Notes: a model not told the origin generated them from the letters alone. Positions 26,142-33,954 are shown, counted from the first letter of the stretch. The stretch: DNA of 43,568 nucleotides from an uncultured Gammaproteobacteria bacterium (GCA_964442865.1 CAYUAZ010000001.1:1-43568); one strand, 5' to 3'. Translations and numbers: made by a program.

Positions 26142-27104
26142 ATGGCAAATCTGCTCTGGCTGCAAGGAGGGGCGTGTTCCGGAAATACGATGTCATTTCT
26201 GAACGCCGAAGAACCCAGCGCCTGTGACCTGGTCACCGACTTCGGCATCAATATCCTGTGGCATCCGTCACTCGGTGTCGAGTTGGGCGACAACCTCCAG
26301 AAGCTTCTCCGCGATTGCGTGTCGGGTGCAATCCCGCTCGACATTTTCGTTTTCGAAGGCACTGTGGTCACTGCACCCAACGGCACCGGTCAATGGAACC
26401 GCTTCGCGGGCAAGGCGATGCAGGAGTGGGTGAAGGCGCTTTCCGATGTGGCTACCTTTGTTGTGGCCGTCGGCGACTGCGCGACCTGGGGCGGCATCCC
26501 GGCCACGGCGCCCAATCCCAGCGAGTCGCGCGGCATGCAGTTTTTGAAGCGTGACAAGGGTGGCTTTCTCGGCAGCAACTTCAAATCCAAGTCCGGCCTG
26601 CCCGTGGTCAATATCCCTGGCTGCCCGGCGCACCCGGACTGGATCACGCAAATCGTGGTGGCGATTGCGACCGGTCGCGGCGGCGACATCGCGATTGACG
26701 ACTTCCAGCGGCCGAAGACGTTTTTCAGCAGCTTCACGCAAACCGGTTGTACCCGCAACATGCACTTTGCCTACAAGGTCTCAGCCACCGAATTCGGCCA
26801 GCGCAAGGGTTGTTTGTTCTATGATCTGGGCTGTCGCGGGCCGATGACGCATTCGCCCTGCAACCGTATTCTCTGGAACCGGCAGTCGTCCAAGACCCGT
26901 TCCGGCATGCCCTGCCTGGGTTGTACCGAACCCGAGTTCCCGTTTTTCGATCTTGCCCCCGGCACCCTGTTCAAGACCCAGACGGTGATGGGCGTACCCA
27001 AGGATCTGCCCACCGGGATCAACAAGACAGGCTATATCGCGCTCACCGGGGCGGCGAAAAATGCAGCGCCGGCCTGGGCTGAACAAGACATGTTCGTGGT
27101 TTAG
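26142..27104 (+). CDS. hupS: [NiFe] hydrogenase small subunit, no Tat signal (group 2a-like, cytoplasmic)
   Basis: 320 aa, begins directly MANLLWLQGGACSGNTMSFLNAEEPSACDLV with no twin-arginine leader and no C-terminal anchor. FeS-cluster Cys patterns run throughout (GDCATWGG, PGCPAHPDW, GCTRN, LGCRGP, MPCLGCTEPEFP). Confidence 0.92.
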   Translation: MANLLWLQGGACSGNTMSFLNAEEPSACDLVTDFGINILWHPSLGVELGDNLQKLLRDCVSGAIPLDIFVFEGTVVTAPNGTGQWNRFAGKAMQEWVKALSDVATFVVAVGDCATWGGIPATAPNPSESRGMQFLKRDKGGFLGSNFKSKSGLPVVNIPGCPAHPDWITQIVVAIATGRGGDIAIDDFQRPKTFFSSFTQTGCTRNMHFAYKVSATEFGQRKGCLFYDLGCRGPMTHSPCNRILWNRQSSKTRSGMPCLGCTEPEFPFFDLAPGTLFKTQTVMGVPKDLPTGINKTGYIALTGAAKNAAPAWAEQDMFVV

Positions 27105-27134
27105 CGTGGTCAGGAAATCTGAGGAGATAACATC

Positions 27135-28730
27135 ATGGCTGTGCAAACATTAGACATCTCACCGGTCGGGCGTGTCGAGGGCGATCTCGATGTGCGCGTT
27201 GATATCGAGAACGGCGTAGTCACCAACGCCTGGACCTCGGCGGAGCTGTTCCGCGGTTTTGAAATTATCCTGCGCGACAAGGATCCGCAGGCCGGGCTGG
27301 TGGTCACACCGCGCGCCTGCGGCATCTGCGGCGCTTCGCATCTCACGTGCGCCGCATGGGCGCTAGACACCGCATGGCAAACCGAGGTGCCGCGCAACGC
27401 GATTCTGGCGCGCAATCTGGGCCAGATCGTGGAGAGCCTGCAAAGCCAGCCGCGCTATTTCTACGGCCTGTACGCGATTGACCTGACCAACAAGAAATAC
27501 CGCAAGAGCAAGTATTACGAAGAGGCGTGCAAGCGTTTCGCGCCGTTCACCGGTACGTCTTACGAGCTGGGCGTCACCATCTCCGGCAAGCCGGTCGAGA
27601 TCTACGCCCTGCTCGGGGGCCAGTGGCCGCATTCGAGCTATATGGTGCCGGGCGGCGTCATGTGCGCGCCGACCTTGTCGGATGTCACCCGCTCCTGGTC
27701 GCTCCTCGAGTACTTCAAGAAAAACTGGCTCGAGTCGTGCTGGCTGGGTTGTTCGCTGGAGCGCTACGAGCAGATCAAGACCTACAACGACTTCATGGCC
27801 TGGCTGGACGAGAGTCCCGCCCATGCCAATTCCGACCTCGGCTTTTACTGGCGCATGGGGCTGGATATCGGCCTCGACAAGTACGGCGGCGGTGTCGGCC
27901 GCTACATCTCCTGGGGCTATCTGCCGCACGAGGACAAGTACCAGAAGCCCACCATTGAGGGTCGCAATGCCGCGCTGATCATGAAGAGCGGCGTCTACGA
28001 CGGCAAGACCGATAAGCATACGCTGATGTCGCAGGACAAGGCGCGCGAGAACGTGTCGCACTCGTGGTACGACGAGGGAACCGCAGACATGCACCCGTAC
28101 GACCGCGTCACTCGCGCCACGCAAAAAAATGACACCGATTTCAAGGGCGCCTATTCGTGGGCGACTGCCGTCAACCATAGTGAAAATGGCCGCCTCGAAG
28201 CCGGACCGTTTGCGCGTCAACTTATAGCGGGCGGCAAACACGGTGAGCCGTGGCAGCACTACGACGGGCTGATCCTGGACATGTACAAGAAGATGGGTGG
28301 CCCGAGCCTGCACCTGCGCCAGATCGCGCGCATGCACGAGACCATCAAGCTCTATCGCCAGGCCGAACACTGTCTACGTGAGTTCCGTCTCAACGATCCG
28401 TGGTATATCAAGCCCAAGGAGCGCGATGGGCGCGGCTGGGGCGCGACCGAGGCGATCCGCGGGGCGCTGTGCCATTGGATCGAGGTGAAGGACGGCAAGA
28501 TCAAGAATTACCAGATCGTTGCGCCGACCACCTGGAACGTGGGTCCGCGTGACGGCAAGGGCATCCGCGGACCGATCGAGGAAGCCTTGATCGGCGCGCC
28601 CATCGCCGACCCGACCGACCCGGTCGAAGTGGGTCATGTGGCGCGCTCTTTCGACTCCTGCCTGGTATGCACGGTGCATGCCCACGACGCCAAGACCGGC
28701 AAGGAGTTGGCGCGGTTCCGTACCGGGTGA
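27135..28730 (+). CDS. hupL: [NiFe] hydrogenase large subunit with cleavable C-terminal extension
   Basis: 531 aa. N-terminal Ni-binding motif RACGICGASH and C-terminal DSCLVCTVH, followed by the 16-aa tail AHDAKTGKELARFRTG. A tail plus a dedicated protease gene argues for a catalytic enzyme rather than a sensor (HupUV-type). Confidence 0.95.
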   Translation: MAVQTLDISPVGRVEGDLDVRVDIENGVVTNAWTSAELFRGFEIILRDKDPQAGLVVTPRACGICGASHLTCAAWALDTAWQTEVPRNAILARNLGQIVESLQSQPRYFYGLYAIDLTNKKYRKSKYYEEACKRFAPFTGTSYELGVTISGKPVEIYALLGGQWPHSSYMVPGGVMCAPTLSDVTRSWSLLEYFKKNWLESCWLGCSLERYEQIKTYNDFMAWLDESPAHANSDLGFYWRMGLDIGLDKYGGGVGRYISWGYLPHEDKYQKPTIEGRNAALIMKSGVYDGKTDKHTLMSQDKARENVSHSWYDEGTADMHPYDRVTRATQKNDTDFKGAYSWATAVNHSENGRLEAGPFARQLIAGGKHGEPWQHYDGLILDMYKKMGGPSLHLRQIARMHETIKLYRQAEHCLREFRLNDPWYIKPKERDGRGWGATEAIRGALCHWIEVKDGKIKNYQIVAPTTWNVGPRDGKGIRGPIEEALIGAPIADPTDPVEVGHVARSFDSCLVCTVHAHDAKTGKELARFRTG

Positions 28731-28772
28731 GAGTGCTACTGCTGAAATAAGTTATCGAACGCCGTACAATCT

Positions 28773-28803
28773 AAAAAGGGGGCATGCTGTGTGCCCCTTT
28801 TTT
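28773..28803 (+). terminator. Terminator/attenuator-like hairpin after hupL
   Basis: aaaaagggggca-tgctgtg-tgcccctttttt: GC core stem flanked by A5/T6 (bidirectional shape). Operon genes continue right after it, so termination may be partial. Confidence 0.5.
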
Positions 28804-28818
28804 ATGGAGACCCTGGAG

Positions 28819-29133
28819 ATGCATAGCGACCAAGAAAACGCCTTGCGGGCACGCATCGCCAAAATGATGGCAGACGGGCTGCAAACACAGACCGAACCCT
28901 TCCCTGAGACCGACCGCGAGTTCGGTAACCTGCTCACGGCGCTGCGTGAGTTGAATCCGGATGACCTGACAGGGAAATTGGTGTTGTCGGGCTTTATTGA
29001 CAAGCCCTATGGCGAAGATCAGATGCGCTGCCAGGAATGCATGTATTACCTGGTGCATCGCAAGTGGTGCGATCTGCCGGAACTTGCGGTGCCGGTGGAG
29101 CCTAACTGGTGGTGTCGTTTGTGGCGAATCTGA
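28819..29133 (+). CDS. HiPIP-like putative [4Fe-4S] protein, no signal peptide
   Basis: 104 aa from ATG 28819 (GGAGA 9 nt upstream; ATG 28804 is an alternative). The C-terminus is RCQECMYYLVHRKWCDLPELAVPVEPNWWCRLWRI. It has four Cys and matches the HiPIP pattern C-x(6,9)-[LIVM]-x3-G-[YW]-C-x2-[FYW], except W replaces G. Confidence 0.6.
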   Translation: MHSDQENALRARIAKMMADGLQTQTEPFPETDREFGNLLTALRELNPDDLTGKLVLSGFIDKPYGEDQMRCQECMYYLVHRKWCDLPELAVPVEPNWWCRLWRI

Positions 29134-29140
29134 ATAATCA

Positions 29141-29614
29141 GTGCTTACGGTTATCGGCTGCGGAAACTCTAACCGGTGCGATGACGGCGTAGGCGTTTTT
29201 GTCGCACAGTCGTTGCAGTCCTATCTGCGCCAGCGGCCGCGCGACAATGTGCGGGTGTTCGATGCGGGCACCGGCGGCATGGACGTTATGTTCCATGCGC
29301 GTGGCGCGCACAAACTCATCATCGTGGATGCAGCGCAGACCGGTTCAGAACCCGGCGCCATCTATGAGGTGCCGGGAGAGGAACTGGCGGCGGAGCGCGA
29401 GCCCAGCTACAGCCTGCATGACTTCCGCTGGGATCACGCGCTCGCCGCAGGTCGCAAAATTTTCCGCGACAGCTTTCCGACCGATGTAAGCGTGTATCTG
29501 ATTGAATCCGCCAGCCTCGATTTCGGCCTCGAACTTAGCGACCTCGTGCGTGCTGCGGCGGACAAGGTGATTGCTGACATCCGGCGCATCATTGATGAAT
29601 ACCCATCCATCTGA
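29141..29614 (+). CDS. hupD: [NiFe] hydrogenase maturation endopeptidase (HupD/HoxW/HybD family)
   Basis: 157 aa with a GTG start. LTVIGCGNSNRCDDGVGVFV, KLIIVDAA and SLHDF motifs are typical of HycI/HybD proteases. Confidence 0.85.
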   Translation: MLTVIGCGNSNRCDDGVGVFVAQSLQSYLRQRPRDNVRVFDAGTGGMDVMFHARGAHKLIIVDAAQTGSEPGAIYEVPGEELAAEREPSYSLHDFRWDHALAAGRKIFRDSFPTDVSVYLIESASLDFGLELSDLVRAAADKVIADIRRIIDEYPSI

Positions 29615-29966
29615 CTCTCTGGCGCAGGGCGACGCTGACACAGCGCAGCACCTGGTGTCCGTGCTGCGCGGCAATCTCTATCTCGCACGCGAGACGTGCG
29701 ATCAATATTTTCCGGACATCCAGTCAGTGGCGTTAATCGCCCGCGAAGAGATGGTCATGATCGTGCCGCTCACCCTGGAGTCCGGCGGAGGATTGCTGTT
29801 AAAAATCCGCAATGCGCGCGGCGACCGGGTCATCCACGCGCAGGAATTTTTCCGGGCGCAAGGTTTTGTCGAGGATTTTCAGGAGCGCACCGTCCCCGTT
29901 CATTGGAGCAGCGAATTGGCCGCTCTGGCCGTAGCGGGAATTCCAAAAACAGGGCATAAAGTGTAA
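29595..29966 (+). CDS. Hypothetical protein (123 aa) in the hydrogenase operon
   Basis: The ORF overlaps the end of hupD by 20 nt. No motif recognised. Start is uncertain (TTG 29571 or ATG 29595). Confidence 0.45.
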   Translation: MNTHPSDSLAQGDADTAQHLVSVLRGNLYLARETCDQYFPDIQSVALIAREEMVMIVPLTLESGGGLLLKIRNARGDRVIHAQEFFRAQGFVEDFQERTVPVHWSSELAALAVAGIPKTGHKV

Positions 29967-30081
29967 AGATACTTTGCATATTGAAAAAATACTGGACAGT
30001 TAGATTCCTTGGTCCTAGACTCGAAAACAAGAAAAAATCACATCCCAAAATCCATAAAAAATCCGCATCCTGGAGGTGAAA

Positions 30082-31170
30082 GTGGCACAAACCCTGTCCA
30101 TGTCCCAGTTCGACGCCGCGCTGCAGGCGGTCGAGTCCGATGCGGCGACGCCCGAGGAAAAGGCCGAGATGCTCATGGAAATCGCCATGGGCATGCAGAC
30201 CCGCCCCAAGACCCTCGATCAACTGCATCAAGCCGTAGCCCTCTACGAACGCGCACTGGCGACATGTCCAGCCGAAGCCCCGCTACTTCAGGCGCGTGTG
30301 CGTGCGCGCATGGGCACCGCGCTGCAAGCCCTCCCCGACGGTGGCGTCGAGGCCTTGTACAAGGCACAGGCCTGCTATGAAGAGGCTTTGCCGGTATTGA
30401 AGGAAAAGGGCCGCCCGGAAGAAACCGCCGAAACTGAAATGAACTTGGGGCTCACGCTGCAATCGCTTGCCGGTTCCGGTATGGCGCGCATCCACGACGC
30501 CGTGCAGTGTTACCACCGTTCGTTACGGGTGTTCACGCGCGAGGCCTACCCGCAGGAATACGCCATCCTGCACAATAATCTCGCCATCGCCTATCTGGCG
30601 ATCCCGCTTTCCGACGAGCGCGGCAAGATGCGTGAAGCCCTCGCGGTGCAATCGTTCGAAGAAGTCCTTAAGGTCATCAATTTGGTGGATCACCCGACCG
30701 AGTACGCGATGATCCAGAACAATCTGGGCAATGCTCTACAGTATGTGTCCAGCGGTCATGCCCTGGAGAACAATCTGCGTGCGCTGGAGGCCTACGACGA
30801 GGCGCTCAAGGTGCGCAACGTCCGCGACACGCCGCTGGAATACGCCAACACCATTTCCAACAAGGCCAATGTGTTGAGGAACCTGCCGGATGATCCGGAG
30901 AATTCGATTTCCGATGTACAGGGAAGAGCGACAGCGAAGGGTACTACCAGTGTCGCGGGAGGCAGGACGCCGGGAGCGACCGGCAAGCGCAGTAACCTGA
31001 CCCGCGCGCGTGAGCTTTACGCGGAGGCAAAGTCCATCTTCACGCGCCTCCAGCAGCCTGGCAGTGCAGGCGTAGTGGACGATGCCTTGGCGGAAATCAT
31101 ACAGGAGCTCGCGTCCAGCCAGTTGAGTGACCGCCACAGCAATGGCGATGGTCGCGCGGACGTTGCTTAA
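30082..31170 (+). CDS. TPR-repeat protein
   Basis: ~362 aa with repeated A/L/Y/N helical pairs (ALYERALATC, NLGLTLQSL, HNNLAIAYLA, QNNLGNALQY, ISNKANVLRNL). GTG 30082 lies 5 nt after GGAGG. Preceded by a 109-bp AT-rich spacer. Confidence 0.72.
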   Translation: MAQTLSMSQFDAALQAVESDAATPEEKAEMLMEIAMGMQTRPKTLDQLHQAVALYERALATCPAEAPLLQARVRARMGTALQALPDGGVEALYKAQACYEEALPVLKEKGRPEETAETEMNLGLTLQSLAGSGMARIHDAVQCYHRSLRVFTREAYPQEYAILHNNLAIAYLAIPLSDERGKMREALAVQSFEEVLKVINLVDHPTEYAMIQNNLGNALQYVSSGHALENNLRALEAYDEALKVRNVRDTPLEYANTISNKANVLRNLPDDPENSISDVQGRATAKGTTSVAGGRTPGATGKRSNLTRARELYAEAKSIFTRLQQPGSAGVVDDALAEIIQELASSQLSDRHSNGDGRADVA

Positions 31171-31193
31171 GCAGCTTTTTTGGAGAGATTATT

Positions 31194-31424
31194 ATGGAAA
31201 CATTCATGCACCAACTGCTGTCTGGACAACTGAACATCCTGACCGTACTAATCTGGACGGTTGTTATCTTTCTGCTGTCAATGGCGGGTGGGGCCATCGC
31301 GGCTGTCAAGCTCGCCGGAAAAGATTTAGGTAACGAACTGGCAGCCTCGATGGGGGCGATGTTCGGCCCGACTGGAGCTGTGCCGGGGATACTCCTCGGT
31401 TTAATCATTTTGGCATTCATTTAA
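31194..31424 (+). CDS. Small membrane protein (76 aa, 2 predicted TM helices)
   Basis: LNILTVLIWTVVIFLLSMAGGAIAAV ... GAVPGILLGLIILAFI. Preceded by GGAGAG. Confidence 0.6.
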   Translation: METFMHQLLSGQLNILTVLIWTVVIFLLSMAGGAIAAVKLAGKDLGNELAASMGAMFGPTGAVPGILLGLIILAFI

Positions 31425-31429
31425 AGGAG

Positions 31430-31660
31430 TTGGTTATGTGGGCCCTGTTTTCCAATTCACTCATGTTGTTCCTTAAGGGCAAGCTGTTCCGCGAGCCGCT
31501 TGAGGTGTTGAAAAAATGGCTGATCGGTGTCTGCGTGGCGCTGGTTGCAGTCGTCGTGCTGGCCAAGATCAGTGTGCCGTTGTGGCTCGCGGTGGTGATC
31601 ACGGCGCTGGGTAGTGGCGCGCTCCAGCCCTATTTATTCAAGAACCTCAAATATTCCTGA
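31430..31660 (+). CDS. Small membrane protein (76 aa, 2-3 predicted TM helices)
   Basis: WALFSNSLMLFL ... WLIGVCVALVAVVVLAKISVPLWLAVVITALGSGAL. AGGAG lies upstream and the gene starts 5 nt after the previous stop. Confidence 0.6.
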   Translation: MVMWALFSNSLMLFLKGKLFREPLEVLKKWLIGVCVALVAVVVLAKISVPLWLAVVITALGSGALQPYLFKNLKYS

Positions 31661-31670
31661 GTGTGCTTTC

Positions 31671-32588
31671 ATGAACAGCGCCGCACCCGATCAAATTACT
31701 CAGCCGTCTGGTGAAGATTCCGACGCCGATCTGGAACGGCGAGTGCGGGCGATCACCAGCTTGGAGGCCATCGTCGCAGGCTGGGACGAGACGCACATGC
31801 TTACTGTGCAGGTACTCAAGTCCGCCATCGAGGAATTAAACAAGGAGGCGCTGAAGCGCTTGATCCGTGTCCTCAAGGATGATCCGGCAAGCTATGCGCG
31901 AATGAGGGAAGCCTTGAACGACCCGTTGATCTACGGTGTGTTACGTTTCCATGGCTTGGTGAAGGAGTCGTTGCAAACCCGCATTGAAAAAGCACTGGAT
32001 GAAGTGCGGCCGTATATGGCTACGCACGGCGGCAACGTGGAACTCGTTGCAGTCAAGCCGCCGGATACCGTTGAGATCCGCCTGATCGGGTCCTGCCACG
32101 GCTGTCCCGCATCGAGCCAGACGTTGACTGAAGGTGTGGAAAAGGCAATTCGCGCGCACTGTCCTGAAATTGTTCATATCAATCAAGTCAGCAAAGGCCC
32201 ATCGGAATCCCAGCACGGCGTCGTGAAAAACGGCGAGTCCGTGGTCCATTTCATCAGCCCCTTTGCGCTGCATGCGAAATCGGGCTGGGTAGACGCAGCC
32301 GGCCTGAATGAAATTCCGGAAGGCGGCATCACCGAACGCAAGATCAAGGGGCGCTCGGTGCTGCTCAGCAAGCAAGGCAGTCGCGTCAGTTGTTTCGACA
32401 ACAGTTGCGCGCATCTCGGCATGCCCCTGGAAATGGGTGAGGTGCGTGAGGGTGTCATCACCTGCTCCTATCACGGCTTTCAGTATCTGCTGGAAACTGG
32501 TGAATGCCTCACCGCGCCCGAGGTGCAACTCAAGGTACATGCGGTGCGGGTAGTGAGTGATCGGGTGCAGGTCCGGCTGGAGGAATGA
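31671..32588 (+). CDS. NifU-like + Rieske [2Fe-2S] two-domain iron-sulfur protein (HucE/HhyE-like)
   Basis: Nfu/NifU C-terminal-type domain (VRPYMATHGGNVELVAVKPPDTVEIRLIGSCHGCPASSQTLTEGVEKAI), then a Rieske motif pair CAHLG ... CSYHGF. ATG 31671 is preferred because the track start 31614 overlaps the previous gene. Confidence 0.8.
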   Translation: MNSAAPDQITQPSGEDSDADLERRVRAITSLEAIVAGWDETHMLTVQVLKSAIEELNKEALKRLIRVLKDDPASYARMREALNDPLIYGVLRFHGLVKESLQTRIEKALDEVRPYMATHGGNVELVAVKPPDTVEIRLIGSCHGCPASSQTLTEGVEKAIRAHCPEIVHINQVSKGPSESQHGVVKNGESVVHFISPFALHAKSGWVDAAGLNEIPEGGITERKIKGRSVLLSKQGSRVSCFDNSCAHLGMPLEMGEVREGVITCSYHGFQYLLETGECLTAPEVQLKVHAVRVVSDRVQVRLEE

Positions 32589-32733
32589 GCGCTTATGAAT
32601 AAATCTACTGCGCAGTCCGTCCGCGTCGTTGCGCGGTGCTCGGAATCCTCATTGACTAGCGTGTCAACTCCGGTTCCTGCGCTCCGGGCGCCTAGCGGCC
32701 GGACTTGCTCGCTACGATTTCTTCATAAGCGCT
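32588..32733. mobile_element. 146-bp TIR-bounded MITE-like element in the NifU-Rieske/NHL gene spacer
   Basis: Left end AGCGCTTATGAATAAATC (32588-32605). The reverse complement of the right end (32716-32733) is AGCGCTTATGAAGAAATC, 17/18 identical. The interior holds several short hairpins. Without the element the two genes would be ~5 nt apart. Confidence 0.6.
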
Positions 32734-32739
32734 AACGTC

Positions 32740-33954
32740 ATGACCACCGCTCTGCGTGTCAGTCTCACGTCGTCCTTAAAGCAAGCACCCTTGCCCGGCC
32801 CGGCGAGTGTTGCGCTGTTGGCGCGGGGCGGGCCGCAGGTGAGCATCGGCGGCGCGCCGGGCAGTGATGGCCTCGCGGTGCCGGTGAAACCGGATGCAAT
32901 TTCTCTGTTCGGGCCGCGCGGCGCTTGTCTCGCGGGCGACGAGGGCCCGCTGTGGGTGAGCGATACCGGCCATCATCGGCTGCTCGGTTGGGCGCGCGCG
33001 CCGCTCACGAGCGATACTCCTGCGGACTGGATCATCGGGCAGCCGGACTTCCGGCATGAAGGACGTAACGCCAAGGGCGAGCCTGGAGCTGCGACACTCA
33101 ATGTGCCTACCGGCATCACGCCGTGCGGCGCAGGCCTCGCCGTGGCGGATGCCTGGAACCATCGCGTGCTGATCTGGCGCCGGTTGCCGTGTGACCACAA
33201 CACGCCCGCCGACCTCGTGCTCGGTCAACAGGATTTTAATTCCATGCAGGCCAATCGCGGCGCCGAAAATCCAACTGCCGATAGTCTGTTCTGGCCTTAT
33301 GGTATCCATTGGGACGGCGCCCGCTTGTGGGTGGCCGACAGCGGCAACCGGCGCGTGCTGATGTGGAACGGTTTGCCCGCGCACAACGGGCAAGCCGCCG
33401 ACTTGGTGCTCGGTCAGCAGGGTTTCACCTGTCGCGACGAAAACGCCGGCGGAGAGCCGAGTGCCTCCAGCATGCGTTGGCCGCATGGCCTGACGTTATG
33501 GCAGGACCGGTTGTGTGTATCTGACGCCGGCAACAACCGGATTATGGTCTGGGACACCGTGCCCACTCAGAACAACACCCCTTGCGATCACACCCTCGGA
33601 CAGAGCGATGTTAGTTCAGTGGACAACAACCAGTCGCTCTACTGGCCGAACGAGGCCAGTTTGAATATGCCCTACGGCTGTGCCGCAGCCGGAAACTGGT
33701 TGATGGCCGCAGACACCGCCAATTCGCGTCTCATCGCCTGGCACGCCGACGATTGCCACACCGGCGCGCCCGCCCGTGCACTGAGCGCGCAACCCGATTT
33801 CCGCGCCAAGGGCGACAACCGCTGGCAACTGCCCGCACACGACAGTTTGTGCTGGCCTTACGGAGTCACGCACTGCGCCGGCCTGGTGGCCGTCGCCGAT
33901 TCCGGCAACAATCGCGTGTTGTTGTGGCGGATTGCGGAAGACTTGGCGCCATGA
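32740..33954 (+). CDS. NHL-repeat beta-propeller protein
   Basis: 404 aa, roughly six repeats of the pattern (I/V)LGQxDF...N...P.G(I/L)...L.V.D..N.R(V/I)L.W (e.g. IIGQPDF, LVLGQQDF, LVLGQQGF, HTLGQSDV, SAQPDF; DTGHHRLLGW, DAWNHRVLIW, DSGNRRVLMW, DAGNNRIMVW, DTANSRLIAW, DSGNNRVLLW). Confidence 0.8.
   Translation: MTTALRVSLTSSLKQAPLPGPASVALLARGGPQVSIGGAPGSDGLAVPVKPDAISLFGPRGACLAGDEGPLWVSDTGHHRLLGWARAPLTSDTPADWIIGQPDFRHEGRNAKGEPGAATLNVPTGITPCGAGLAVADAWNHRVLIWRRLPCDHNTPADLVLGQQDFNSMQANRGAENPTADSLFWPYGIHWDGARLWVADSGNRRVLMWNGLPAHNGQAADLVLGQQGFTCRDENAGGEPSASSMRWPHGLTLWQDRLCVSDAGNNRIMVWDTVPTQNNTPCDHTLGQSDVSSVDNNQSLYWPNEASLNMPYGCAAAGNWLMAADTANSRLIAWHADDCHTGAPARALSAQPDFRAKGDNRWQLPAHDSLCWPYGVTHCAGLVAVADSGNNRVLLWRIAEDLAP

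Noticed and set aside
28636-28803. Upstream extension of the HiPIP-like ORF (track start 28636); similarly 39978-40100 for hypB and 31614-31670 for the NifU-Rieske gene
   Set aside because: These extensions overlap the 3' ends of hupL, hypA and the small membrane gene respectively. For the HiPIP-like gene the extension also runs through the terminator-like hairpin. Internal ATGs give sensible N-termini (MCVTCGC for HypB).
33753-33950. N-terminal 66 codons of the 875-aa track ORF for hypF
   Set aside because: The Arg-rich translation overlaps the NHL gene. ATG 33951 (ATGA coupling) gives the canonical acylphosphatase-domain N-terminus of HypF.
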